A DNA stretch of 64,000 nt from Octopus sinensis (GCF_006345805.1 NC_043005.1:10292001-10356000), one strand, 5' to 3'; shown: positions 41,784 to 54,814, counted from the stretch's first letter. Notes: generated by a model not told the origin, from the sequence alone. Program-made: numbers and translations.

Positions 41784-42014
41784 ACAAGTTAAATTCTTAT
41801 GCCAGATACGCCGAAACAAAAAAATTGTTGATAACCATTAAATTTATGCGTCTCGAAATAAACCGATAGAAATCTCTAAAAAATTCGTTATTACCGTATT
41901 GGTCCAATTTTGGTCCAGTCTTGTAAATTATGTATAAATTTTACCTTTAAAGGCATTTTTTGATTTGTTGGCCATTGATAAAATTTTTTTCCCGAAAAAA
42001 ATTTTATCCTATAT
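41633..42014. mobile_element. Helentron/HINE-like unit with partial tandem copy
   Basis: 96-bp direct repeat (41633-41728, 41919-42014; 1 mismatch) ending in a 32-bp palindrome. 12-bp inverted repeats at 41777-41788 and 41920-41931. Confidence 0.55.
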
Positions 42015-42015
42015 C

Positions 42016-42060
<45 letters not shown>

Positions 42061-42905
42061 ACCAGTAAATCTTATCTTACACATGCAAGTGTGAGAAAGT
42101 GGATGCTAAAATGATAATGATGTGTCCATAATATATGGACACAATCACATACATACACATACATACATATCCCTAATAATTGATAGGTGTCTGCAAATTG
42201 CAGTATTTTTTTTTTAAGCGTTTGCTCTTTATTGCATAGAATTTTGCTGTACAGACCAGACTTTTAGAGGCAATTCTTGCATATTGATAGGCATCTTCAA
42301 TGAACAGATTTGATAAAACCTACCAAGACTGCCATCAGGCTTTCTGTTTCTTTCTCGTCTGATGTTTAGAATCAGGTGCTTTGTTTAAAGTATTCTCCCC
42401 CATTGTAGCTGTCTGTATTCTACACATTTCATATAGATTGAATGTAATCCCTTTAAAGAATTTGTTGGCATATTTTTGTGATAATCAGCAGTTTTGATGT
42501 TAGCTAAAGAAATATTTTCAACATTATAAAATGCAAAATATTTATATTTAGTAATTAAGATATATTCAAATTAAAAAGCATTTGTTTGTATATTCTTTTA
42601 GTCATATTCTATATACTTTCAGCATTTGTTGATAAATTCTTTGATCAGCAACTAATTCAATTCTTGCTGTGATAATTATTGCTGTAAATTGAAATATCTG
42701 CTTATAAAAATTGCATTTTATACTTTTTACTGCATATGATGGTTACTAAGATAGATGTTATTGAATTTTATTTCTCCTTTTATTAGAAACAAGTATTTAC
42801 TACAAGAAAATAAAATATAATAAAGAAGAGAGAGGTTTGGAAGTAGCTAGATGAATTGTATACCTGAGCACTATACTACAAACTCATTATCTATCATCAT
42901 CATTG

Positions 42906-42939
<34 letters not shown>

Positions 42940-42957
42940 TATTATTATTATTATTAA

Positions 42958-43395
42958 GGTGGCAAGCTGGCTGAATCGTTGGTATACTAGACAAAGTGCT
43001 TAGCGGCATTTTGTCCGTTATTATGTTCTGAGTTCAAATTCTGCTGACATTGACTTTGCCTTTCATTCTTTTGGGGTTGATAAAATAAGTACCACTTAAA
43101 CACTGGGGCTGATGTAATCAACTATACCCCACCCCCAAATTTCTGGCCTTTAGTAGAACTTATTATTATTATTATTATTATTTTGTGGTGAGCTGGCAGA
43201 ATCATTAGTGAGTCAGACAAAATGCTTGGTGGCATTTCACTGCTTTTACATTTTGAGTTCAAATTCTACTGAGGTCACCTTTGCTTTTCATCCTTTAGGT
43301 ATCAATAGAATAAATACAAGTTGAACACTGGGGTCAATGTAATTGACTTATCCCCTCCCACTGAATTGCTGACCTTCTTGTGTCAAAATTTGGAA
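42958..43395 (+). mobile_element. Two tandem SINE family B copies in (ATT)n
   Basis: Heads at ~42958 and ~43185, each with the Meta-like core. Confidence 0.85.
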
Positions 43396-43949
43396 CAATT
43401 ATTATTATTAATGTTATTATTATTTGTTTTAAAGCATTGTACGTCTCTAGAGACAACTCCGGGAATATTGGATCATTACCAATTTTTACTGGATGAAATT
43501 TTTTCTGTTTTGGATTATTTTGCAAAGAAGACACTTTGAAACATTTGGACATCTATCCCAATACCTGGGATAGGCTAAAGGTCTGTCTTTTAGACATTAT
43601 TTTTTTCCAAAACTTTTCTGTGTGCTTGTGTTTACTCTCTATTCAGTAAGGCTTTCACTACACAAGGAGTTGTAACATGCATCAGTATGAAAGGATGTAG
43701 CTCTGGATATGCTCCCTTTGAAGCAAAAGGATAATAAAATAAATACGAACAAATACTTCAAAAAATGGGAAAATGGCAATGAAATAAACAGATACACTTG
43801 CAAACAATGACAGTCATATTTTAACACCCATAAATACAAATTTGCTCAACATAAGCAAGAGTATTGTCCACAACAAGAACTTGTGTGATATTAATAAAGG
43901 TACTGCCAACAGAACCTTTTCTAGCATTACAAATTGTAAGTTTTAGTAA

Positions 43950-44349
43950 TCTTTATATATAAAAGTCAAGTTGTGTGTCTGTCTCCTACGATTTAGATTC
44001 CTAACTACTCCCACATTTTGCGGTGCAGTGTAACCAAAAGCGGGTATCTTATAGTCATGATTCATATCGAGCCCTTCTGGGTATTAGCACGCATCTACGA
44101 TGAGTCTACGATTTTAAAAATAATTTACCATCATTTTTTTCCGTTTTAATGCATTTTTTTCGCTATTATATAAAGGAAGTAACTCTCTAAAAATGTCTAC
44201 GATGAGTCAACGATTTAAAAAAAAATTTACCATAATTTTTTTTCCATTTTTAATGCATTTTTTTTGCTATTTTTTGGCTATAACTCTCTAAAAATGCTTA
44301 TATAGTTATTTCCCTTACAAACCCGAGCAACGCCGGGTGATACTGCTAG
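43950..44349 (+). mobile_element. Non-autonomous Helitron (400 bp)
   Basis: A|TC 5' end (tctttatatataaaag); 3' hairpin acccg-agcaacgc-cgggt then CTAG|T; no TSD; internal ~102-bp tandem duplication at 44094-44296. Confidence 0.9.
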
Positions 44350-46071
44350 TAAGTCATAATGTGGTGTTCCTTCCCTGAGTAATTTATCTGAAAGGTAGAA
44401 ATTAACATTATCTTGCTGTATGAAAACTAGATGAAATTCCCCCATGACCTCAAAGGAACAATTAAAGGAAGTACTTGGTAATATGCAGCACGAAGTATGC
44501 TCCATTGATAGGAATATGGTGGGCCATAGAGAATAGTATGCCTGGTCTCGAATACTTAGGATGAAGCAAGAAAGCAGGCCAGATTGGTGTAACACAGCTT
44601 TATTGTATGGAAAACAAGTATTAAAATTGCTTTAGAAAGTGGGATTACTGCACTCATTTGACTTTATCTCATATTAATTACACAGTGTTTTAATAACACT
44701 GAAGCTTTCTAAATCTGGTATTTTTCAACTTTTCTACAGACAGTGGTTGAGCGGTTCAAATCATGTTAGAACAAATTTGCCTGTCATTTATCCATTCAGA
44801 GTTTATTATAATCTTCATCCTTGGAGTAACAACATTTTTATGTCTGCTTTTCTTTGCTGGTATGGGTTGGATAGTTTCTTTAACCTTAAGGCAGTGTTTT
44901 AACAGTGAGATGCCATTCCTGTTGCTAATCCTCTCAGTTGCCTATTATTATGTGTACTTATTCTGAAACTGGGATTACACATGGTAAGCAGTTTCATTAA
45001 ATATGGAAACAGTCATTAAATAAATACATTGGCTATACTCATTAAAACATTACATTGCAATCAATCAAAAAAATAATCAATAATATATTTATTTTATATT
45101 TTATTGATTAATTACTTAATTATTTTTTAACAACATGAAAGATAAAAATTTAATGAGTGGAAAATGACTTTTACATTTGTCTCTTTTGGTACTGAGTTGT
45201 TATAAAATTTTATGTTTTAGAAATTAATTTTCTAGTGTAGGTTGTATTTTTTTTTTATTTTAACTCTATTGGTTTTGATTATTTTTACTTGATTAGTAAT
45301 TTTATAGAAAATTAATAAGAATTAATAAGAATAAGCCACAAATTTTATAAGAACTAAAGTTAATTTGATACTAATCCTAGTATTCGCCGTTACTTTTAAT
45401 CAGATGTGAAAGCTTTACTAATGACCCTTTATATCACCTCTAAGACTTGAAGTGGGGAAGGAAGTTACCCTCAAAGTGGACTTTGCTAAAGACACCCAAA
45501 ATGTCAGGTGGTGGTTTTAGACTGGACAACAGCTCGTCTACAACCCAAGTAGGTTATAACCAGTTTTGAACTCAGATTGTAAAGGGTTAGAACAAATATC
45601 ATGAAGCATACATTTCCGCCTCCATTGCACTGAATTGGTATTTCTTATCAACCTCTAGAGAATAAAAGGGAAAGCTGACCTCAGCAAGATTTAGGCTCAG
45701 ATATTTAGATATCAATTTCTTACATAAGCACACGGGACTACACATTTTTGGAATGTGAGAAAGGGATATTGATAATTTAATCAAACACACCTCTCATGTA
45801 TTTATGTTATTGTTTGTATCTAGATAACAAAAAGAAAAAAAATCAGTGCTTTGAAATAGAGTACCATTGATATTTGTCCTCACTGAGTAACTGACACCTC
45901 CTTGTTATTCTTGTCACAAGAGAAACACTGTGAACCAGTGATGAGTCCTCGGCAAACTTGTAACTATTAACACTGTTGTCCATCCATTACGGTATAAAAC
46001 AAAATAAAATATTTTATTGTATGCACTTTACAGGCATGCATATGTGTATGTGTGTTTAATCTCATTAACAG

Positions 46072-46134
46072 ATGTACATTCTTATAACCATGGGAATAGG
46101 ATGCTATTTATTAGTTAAGTATATAATGATACAG
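46072..46134 (+). CDS. Candidate 63-nt exon encoding hydrophobic MYILITMGIGCYLLVKYIMIQ
   Basis: ctcattaacag| acceptor and consensus cag|gtaagt donor. Only the phase-0 frame is open. Confidence 0.3.
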
Positions 46135-46320
46135 GTAAGTCACCTTAGACGGTTAGAAATTAAATCTGACTACATTCTCCCATATGAGTAATAGAGAAAT
46201 GTTTACATTTCTGAAACCTATGTTAACAAAGAAAGATTTAGTGAGTTTTCTAAATAATACTGCCCTAACTTTAGTGATATGACTAGGTTGAATGTTAGCA
46301 GTTGTTACAATGTCACTTAA

Positions 46321-46539
46321 CCCTTTAGTGTTCAGATTATTCTATCAAACATAATGCTTATTGATTCCCATTGATTTGAATTAATCATGCATTATCTCAT
46401 ATCTTCAAGATCTTGATGATGTAATTACTTAATGTAGAATAACATTGTAGGGTAGGTGTGAGAGCCTGGATCTGGTCAGTTTGAACATAAAACAGATTAA
46501 ATATTTTGGCTGGATATGGCCGGTTTAAATACTAAAGGG
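46321..46539. mobile_element. piggyBac-type MITE P1, inverted relative to 1038-1256
   Basis: TTAA TSD on both sides; TIR ccctttagt/actaaaggg. Confidence 0.92.
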
Positions 46540-46554
46540 TTAATGATGTAGCTT

Positions 46555-46760
46555 CTACATGAATGGCTTAACCTGCTAGAAATAACAACCAAGTCTCCCT
46601 TGATTCACCCTCTACTGACTTAAATAACACATGTTAGATATTGTGGTCCTGGGTTCTTTGCACCTAAGGAAAAGACATGATGTTTTGTTTTTTTTTGGCT
46701 GGAATGCTTTTGATCATAAGTCTGCTCAATCAGAGATGGCATTGGGCTAAATAACGACAG
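46555..46760 (+). repeat. Representative of an old, abundant dispersed repeat (family E)
   Basis: cctgctagaaataac...ggctggaatgcttttgatcata...ggctaaa(c/t)aac. Diverged copies near 1430, 14130, 27010, 28510, 30000, 32420, 49990, 50215, 57575, 59730. Confidence 0.7.
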
Positions 46761-47436
46761 CAGTTAGAGCCACAGTAAATCTGACATCACTAATGAAAAC
46801 TTCATAAAGGCTTGAGTTGATGAGATAACTTGACACATTTGTATAAATGGCTAAAAGTAACAACCTCATATATTCCTCAAAGCCAGTCCCCTACCATCTT
46901 GGAAAATGGTAGAACACATTAGATAATGCAATCCAAGGCACTCCTAAATTGATAGAATGACTAGAGTGGAATGTTTTGATCATAGCTCTGTCTACTTGAT
47001 TAATTTTGACAGAGACTAAACAACCCACTAGCCAACCGGTCAACTTCATAAAGGTTCATTACCATACAGTAATTTATATGAACTTATTATTGCTTTTCAT
47101 GTTGCTGGTATCTGTGTGCTATGAGAAATTAATAAATATCAGTGATTTCTTGACATACAAGCTAAATGATCTCATTGCTATAAAAGCTCTGTGATCTTGT
47201 TTCAATATAAATTCAGAGCTCTCATTGCATGTGAAATCAGGTTTCATCGACAAGTAAGATCAGTGGACTCCTTGTCATATGAAGCCAGAAGTCTTATTTT
47301 CATATAAGCTATTGTCTTTCCATGCTATTGTAACATTTTATTACTGTGCTGGAGAGTGAGGCGTTTACAAGATCAATTTTGCTATTACACATTAACATAT
47401 ATATAATTATGTATATATTTATATATATACATACAT

Positions 47437-47624
47437 ACACACATATATAGGCACACACAAGTAGGTATATTTGTATGTCAGTGTATATAAATGTGTGTGT
47501 GTACACACACACACACACACACACACACATTCACATATATTTATACATAAGCACGCATACATATTACATATACATGTATATTTATGTGTATATAAACATA
47601 TCTATATATGTGTGTAAATGTGTG

Positions 47625-47656
<32 letters not shown>

Positions 47657-47850
47657 TATATAGGCACACACAAGTAGGTATATTTGTATGTTAGTGTATA
47701 TAAATGTGTGTGTGTGTACACACACACACACACACACATTCTCATATATTTATACATAAGCACACATACATATTACATATACATGTATATTTATGTGTAT
47801 ATAAACATATCTATATATATGTGTAAATGTATATATATATATATATATAT
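47437..47850. repeat. Tandem duplication of a ~213-bp microsatellite-rich block
   Basis: taggcacacacaagtaggtatatttgtatg at 47448 and 47661, with colinear downstream sequence. Confidence 0.9.
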
Positions 47851-47852
47851 AA

Positions 47853-47911
47853 CCAGGTGGTGCTATTAAGTTAGACATGGCCTGGTCCAATAATGGCCGA
47901 AACCTATCAAA

Positions 47912-47962
<51 letters not shown>

Positions 47963-48428
47963 CATTGTAACCATTCACTCTTCCAACTGTTGAAATATAT
48001 TGAGCCAGAGTTTCAGGAAGGGTAACAGAGCTTGATGCTCTTCCTGTTGCTAACCCTCACCTGGATAATATTTCTCCAAGGTCAAACAAATTATCAGAGA
48101 ACTAATTGATCTGTAGTTTTCATAAAATCTCTCAGTTGTCTTTTATATTAAATGTTTCTATTTCTTCATGTTTTAAGATACTTTGTTATTAAGTTTGCTT
48201 TAATACAAGATTTTGTTAACTAAAGTGTCTTTAAATTAATGATAATTTAAAATACTCTTCTAAGAAGGAAGTTGACTACAGAGATTTTGCATCTCTGAGA
48301 ACTCACTGCCATTTCTGTTATGTTCAAACTAAGTTGCAAAATGTGTAGTTTTATATAACTTAGATAACTTAGATATGTTTCAACCAAAGATTGGTCCAGG
48401 CCATGTCTAACTTAATAGCACCACCTGA
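47853..48428. mobile_element. Tc1/mariner-like MITE with ~38-bp TIRs
   Basis: caggtggtgctattaagttagacatggcctggtccaat (47854-47891) is inverted at 48390-48427 with 1 mismatch; TA on the right flank. Confidence 0.85.
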
Positions 48429-48448
48429 TAGGATTATTGGAATCCTGT

Positions 48449-48693
48449 TTAAGTCAAGTTTTGTTCAAGTAGTGAGTTCTTGTTGGGTGAGTTGTATCCA
48501 ATTATGGGTGGCTTATCTGGTATTCTTTGAAGGAATCTATCCAGACTTTGTTTAAAGTTGATGGGATCCTTTTCCTCCTTGATCTCCCTCGGGACAATGT
48601 TAAATAGGGCAGGGCCTGTTGAGGAAAAGAAATTATGTTGCAGTGTACATATATGTTGTGATCTTGAATTGGGCATGGTACGTATGGCCCGTG
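48449..48693 (-). mobile_element. CR1-like LINE ORF2 C-terminal fragment
   Basis: HNFFSSTGPALFNIVPREIK...FKQSLDRFLQRIPDKPPIIGY...NKNSLLE. Confidence 0.8.
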
Positions 48694-48699
48694 GTATAC

Positions 48700-48822
48700 C
48701 TATAATTATATCTAAAAAATGGGTGGTGTTGTTGTAGCCTGAATTTATATTGGAGCTGTATCGAATTATAAATGTAAGGAGGAAGTTATATTTAGGATCT
48801 TTATCAGCGTGATCATCTGTAA
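48700..48822 (-). CDS. Candidate 123-nt phase 1-1 exon (TDDHADKDPKYNFLLTFIIRYSSNINSGYNNTTHFLDIII)
   Basis: tttgttttctgacag| acceptor, ag|gtatac donor, open frame. No family recognised. Confidence 0.3.
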
Positions 48823-49247
48823 CTGTCAGAAAACAAACATACACACACACACAAGGAGAAAGAGAAGAGGAAAGAACTACACATTAGTATAGAAACATTT
48901 AAGGAGGAGAGAACTAACTAGAATTGGGTAATGATAGCAAAAATTTACAGAAAGCAGAAACAACAAAAATCGTGACTGTAAGTTTCAGGTATTACTGATA
49001 CTCTGAGTTGCAATTTATACAAGTTCAGCTTTTGGTATTATTTTACTCTAAACACTCACATGTACATATATACATACACACACACACACACACACACATA
49101 CATACACACATGCAAACACATGTACACACACACACATATGCACATGCATGTATATGTGCACACACACATACATGTACATCACAGCTGAATAGGTTGAATA
49201 CTGACTTAAGTTTCATATTTTGAGTGATCACAATTTATATATATATA

Positions 49248-49478
49248 TATTTCTTTACTACCCACAAGGGGCTAAACACAGAGGGGACAAACAAGGACAG
49301 ACAAACGGATTAAGTCGATTACATCGACCCCAGTGCGTAACTGGTACTTAATTTATCGACCCCGAAAGGATGAAAGGCAAAGTCAACCTCGGCGGAATTT
49401 GAACTCAGAACGTAATGGCAGACAAAATACGGCTACGCATTTCGCCCGGCGTGCTAACGTTTCTGCCAGCTCGCCGCC
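49248..49478 (-). mobile_element. SINE family B, young full-length copy
   Basis: Reverse complement of 2263-2495 with CpGs retained. Confidence 0.92.
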
Positions 49479-49514
49479 TAATTTATATATTTATTTATAT
49501 ATATATTTATTATA

Positions 49515-49550
<36 letters not shown>

Positions 49551-50922
49551 TGTATGTATGCATGTATGCATGTATCCACACACAGATACACACATGCACA
49601 AGCACAATTACACATATACACACACACATGGATATGTGTGTGTGTATAATGGAAAGAAAGATATTTTGCTGGTGCAAAAACAAAATTCAATATTATTATG
49701 CACTGTAGATTCATGCTTATGTATATCTAAATATCACATTTTGCTATGGTAGGCTCCTATTTACGACCGAGATAAGCAGACAGATCCATTTTATTACTAC
49801 TGAAAAGATTCAAGATAGGGAATCAATAGAAATATTTTATCATCAATGTGATGAACGCAAACACAGAAATGTCAACTTTAACTAATGTAGATAGATATTT
49901 TTGTATAGATGAACTTTATATATATATATATATATTTCTGTTGCAGTGCTGATAAAATATGCTTTACACCATTGTGGGAATGACCCTTTATGTGCTGACT
50001 AGAATTGGTAGAAATAACAGCCAAATCTCTCTCATTTTCTAGAATCTTAAAGAAAGTGAAGAAAAGCACATTAGCTTAATGCTCTTCAGGGTATTACTAT
50101 ACCTGCAAATAAAAAAAAACCCAATGGTCATGGCTGGAATGTATTTAATCATAGATGTGTTTAATCAGTTTGATTTGGATGTTAAGTAACAATGAAGTAA
50201 TGAAGGTGCCTCTAAGTAGTTGCTCTACCTGCTAGAAATAGTTGACAAATCTCTCACAAATTACACCCTGTTTTTTCAAAGAGAAGGACATATATTATGT
50301 AGTGTCAGGTATACAGAAAAACTGGATGGTCATAACTGGAATGTCTCTGATCATCAGTGTGTTCAGTCAGGCTTAACTTCAAGTTTAGCAACAACAACAC
50401 CTAACATCATTTGATCCAGTTTTCTCTATCCATATAAACAGAGCAAATTTCTTTAATACGCCTACACATCTTCACTGAAAGAAGTGTTGCAAATAGCATT
50501 CCAAACAGAACTGTTTTCAATGATTTCTATTGTTTCAAATAAAATAAATTAAATATCTGCAATACACGAAGGATTCTAATTCATAACTAAATCTAAAAAT
50601 AAATTCCTCTATATCAAGAAAATAAATTATTTTAGGAGATTCAATTCAAAACTTAAAATGTTTCTGTAATAGTTATTTTCTTCATTACACTATTAAATCA
50701 AATTTAATTTTGAAATAACTCCAAAATAATAAAATTCAAAATAGAAGCCAGTATATTTTCAAATTAGGTGTATAAAGAAGGAAGCAAAAATATTATTATG
50801 TGCAGAATTTTCCTATGTCTTTCATCTCTGAATTTTCAATGAGATCATATTTAGAATAAGAAATCTGTTTGTTGACAATACAGCCCTCCATAAACACTCA
50901 TTAAGCATCAATTTGAAAGCAC

Positions 50923-50971
<49 letters not shown>

Positions 50972-51021
50972 TTAATTTTTTTTATTTATTTAAAAAAATT
51001 TTTTTATTGTTATCATTATTT

Positions 51022-51478
51022 TTTTTTTTATTGCCCACAAGGGGCTGAACATAGAGGGAACAAACAAGGACAGACAAACAGATTAAGTCGATTACATCGA
51101 CCCCAGAGCCTAACTGGTACTTAATTTATCGACCCCGAAAGGATGAAAGGCAAAGTCGACCTCGGCGGAATTTGAACTCAGAATGCAGCAGCGGACGAAA
51201 TAACACAAAGCAATTCGCCCGGCTTGCTAACTAATATTAGTTTCAAATTTTGGCACAGGGCCAGCACTTTTTTTTGAGAGGAGGAGGAAGATGATTACAT
51301 TAATCTGAGTACTTCACTGGTACTATTTCACCAATCCCAAAAGGATGAAAAGCCAAGTCTACCTTGGCAGAACTGGAACTCAGAACATAAAGACAGACAA
51401 AATGCTATTAAGCATTTTGCCAAGCATGTTAACGATTCTGCTGCCTTGCTACTAATGATGATGATGAGGAGGATAATG

Positions 51479-51511
<33 letters not shown>

Positions 51512-51520
51512 TTAATAATG

Positions 51521-51553
<33 letters not shown>

Positions 51554-51758
51554 TAATAATCCTTTCTACTATAAGCACAAGGCCTGAAATTTGGAGGAAG
51601 TGGGTTAGTCAGTTACATCTACCCCAGTGCATAACTGGTACTTATTTAATCGACCCCGAAAGGATGAAAGACAAAGTCAACCTCAGTGGAATTTGAACTC
51701 AGGACATGCCGCTTAGCATTTTGCTCGGCATGCTGACAATTCTGCCAGCTTACTGCCT
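51022..51758 (-). mobile_element. Cluster of three SINE family B copies among (AAT)n
   Basis: Cores aaaggatgaaa(g/a) at ~51140, ~51340, ~51660. Confidence 0.85.
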
Positions 51759-52033
51759 TAATGATAATAACAACAACAACAACTATAATTTCCCCAATTT
51801 TAGAGGTTATTTATAGTCAATCACACTACTACTTTTTTGTTCAATCTCAAAAGGATCAAAAGAAAGAATATCACTTGGAAGGATTTCTGTACACAATGAA
51901 AAAGGACATAGCCAAATATTGTAGAGTATTTAACCATCATTTCTGCTTACCACTATTATTAAGCAAGTTATTTAAAATTCACTATGCTGGTGGGTTGGCA
52001 GGCAAACTGATTAGCAGCATCTTGTCTGTCTTT

Positions 52034-52374
52034 CATCATCATCATCATCATCATCATCATCGTTTAACGTCCGTTTTCCCGCGCTAGCACGGGCTGGACA
52101 GTTCGACGGGGTCTGGGAAGCCAGGGTCTGCACCAGGCTCCAGTCTGACCTGGCAGAGTTTCTACAGCTGGATGCCCTTCCTAACGCCAACCACTCCGCG
52201 AGTGTAGTGGGTGCTTTTTACATGCCACCGGAATGGAGGCCAGGGGGGTCCAGCATCGGCCACGATCGGTTGGTGCTTTTAACGTGCCATCGGCACGGAA
52301 GCCAGCCAAGGTGGCGCTGGCAACGGCTACGTTTGGATGGTGCTTTTTATGTGCCACTGGCACAGAAGCCAGCC
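52034..52374 (-). mobile_element. Family D repeat with internal tandem units
   Basis: (cat)n tail, D motif chain, three tgcca(c/t)(c/t)gg units. Confidence 0.88.
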
Positions 52375-52748
52375 AATTTAATAGTACTAACAATCTCTTA
52401 AATTTTACATGTAAGGTGGTTTCATACCACATTCAGAGAACCAAATCCTCTCTTTGCAACTTCTTCATATTCAATGTGATGAAGTGTTTTTTTTTTTTAA
52501 ATTGTGTATTTTTTCCACACACTGATTTTGATTGTTCCATACCAATATGCATTTGTACGCCTCCCCCCCACACACACACATAAGCACATATGCATACATA
52601 TGCAGATACATGCATATATGCTCACATACATAATAGCTTATGCACAGTTTCTGCCTATTTGACTCAGAACAGAACTGCATTGAAACCAACTGATACTTTG
52701 AACAATGGTGTCTCCTTGACCTTTCTATTGTCTAATTGATACAATATT

Positions 52749-52958
52749 GGTTTCAAATTTTGGCACAAGACCAGCAGTTTCAAGGAAGGGCTTCAGTCGA
52801 TTATATTGACTCCAGTGTTCAACTGGTAATTATTTTGACATTGAAAGGATATTAGGCATAGTCAACTTCAGCGGACTTTGAACAAGAACATAAGAATGGA
52901 TGAAACGCTGCTAAGAATTTTGCCCAGCTTGCTAATGATTCTGCCTGCTCACTGCCTT
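52749..52958 (-). mobile_element. SINE family B with 16-bp TSD
   Basis: TSD taattgatacaatatt at 52733-52748 and 52959-52974. Confidence 0.88.
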
Positions 52959-52986
52959 TAATTGATACAATATTAAGACGGAATAA

Positions 52987-53195
52987 GGCAGTGAGCTGGC
53001 AGGAATGTTAGCACGCCAGGCAAAATGCTTAGCAATATTTTGTCTCCCTTTATGTTCTGGGTTCAAATTCTGCCGAGGTCAGTTTTGCCTTTCATCCTTT
53101 TGGGGTCAATAAATTAAGTACCAGTGCATACTGGGGTCAATTTAATTGACTCCAGCCCTCAAAAATTTCAGGCTTTGTGCCTAGAGTAGAAAAGT
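52987..53195 (+). mobile_element. SINE family B, head-to-head with the previous copy
   Basis: ggcagtgagctggcagg head and Meta-like core. Confidence 0.88.
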
Positions 53196-53450
53196 ATATT
53201 AACACAGAGTAAGTGCTGGATGTAAAATAATCCATTAATGATTTAGTCACTATAGCTAAACTTAGATATAATCTGCTTTTTAATTTTATCTATTTAACAG
53301 TAAAAAGCCACCAGAACTATAAACAAATTATTTGTTCATAATTAGAATGATACTTTGAAAAAACCTCTGTGGCAAACCCACTTCTCTTGGTGTCCTAAGT
53401 ACATACCTGTTTTGCTTAAGTGCATATTTTGTTTTGTTCATTTGGAAGTT

Positions 53451-54345
53451 CATCATTATCATCTTTTGACATCTGTTCTCCATGCTGGCATGGGTTGGAT
53501 AGTTTGACAGGAGCTGGCCAGCTGGAGAGCTGCTCAGACTCCAGTTGTCTGTTTTGGTATAATTTCTAAGGTTGGATGCCCATCCTAATGTCAACCACTT
53601 TACAAATTGTACTTGGTGCTTTCATGTGGCACTGACACAGGTGCCTTTATGTGGCACTGGTTTGGGTGCTTTTGCGACACTGGCATGGGCACTTTTATAT
53701 GGCACCAATGCACTGATGCCTTTGCATGGCACCAGCACCCACATACCTGCAAGACTAGGATTTCTCAGCTGAGAGAGTGATATAGAAGACATGCCTGTAT
53801 GCATGGACAGTCATGATTTTACTTAGTTTTACATGTCTTCTCAAGCACAGCAAATCACCAGAAATCTCAATTCATTGTCATCTCTTATGTGAGGCCCAAC
53901 ATCTGAAGATCCGTTGTCACCACTTTGTCCCACATCTTCCTGGGCCTACCCCTTCCACATGTTCCCCCCACAACTAGAAATTGGCACTTCTTGATGCAGC
54001 TGTCCTCATTCATATGCATCGCATGACCATACCAGCACAGTGTTCTCTTTTGTACCCTTCATCTGATGCCTCATATTCCCAACTTTTCTCTTAAATCACT
54101 TACACTGTTGTACATGCACACTGATATTTCCCATCCAACAGAGCATGCTGGCTTCATTTCTTACAAGCCTTTGCACATCCTCAGTAGTCATAACTCTTGT
54201 CTCACTGCCATGTAGCATAGCTGCTTGTACACAGGCTTCATACAATCTGCCTTTCACTTTGAGGGAGAAGTCCTTTGTTACCAACAAAGATAGCAGCTCT
54301 CTGAAGTTTGCTCAGCCTGTTTTTATTCTAGCAGCTATGCTTTAT
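53451..54345 (-). mobile_element. Truncated RTE LINE: ORF2 end contiguous with family D 3'UTR
   Basis: LLVTKDFSLKVKGRLYEACVQAAMLHGSET...LCWYGHAMHMNEDS, then the D motif chain and (cat)n. Confidence 0.85.
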
Positions 54346-54492
54346 GTGAAATATATATCATCTACTCCTTATAGATTTAAAATTCAGTTAACTTTTACAT
54401 AACATATTCAAAACAAAGTCATTTTATTGAATACATTTGGTGTCAAAATAATGATTTTAAATAATGTTAAAAGAATTATTGATAATGCTTAT

Positions 54493-54643
54493 CATCATCA
54501 TTATCATCATCATCGTTTAATGTCCGCTTTCCATGCTAGCATGGATTGGACGATTTGACTGAGGACTGGAGAACCAGATAGCTGCACCAGGCTCCAATCT
54601 GATCTGGCAGAGTTTCAACAACTGGATGCCCTTCCTAATGCCG
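54493..54643 (-). mobile_element. Short family D copy
   Basis: (cat)n-gtttaatgtccgctttccatgctagcatg...ctggatgcccttcctaatgcc. Confidence 0.85.
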
Positions 54644-54814
54644 TAGACAATAATTTTCCATATTGTCTCAAGGTCATAGTGAGTCAAATATTTTCAAAAG
54701 AATAATGCCAAACACAATCAGGATCTAAAATTAGAAACAGGAGCAAAAATATATACTATGGGAGATTTAGTTTAGCATTCTGCAATTTCTTTTTCATTTA
54801 CATGAATAATTTTA

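Noticed and set aside
44400-44590. Tc1/mariner transposase C-terminal remnant
   Set aside because: Resemblance is faint and no TIRs were found; it needs BLASTX.
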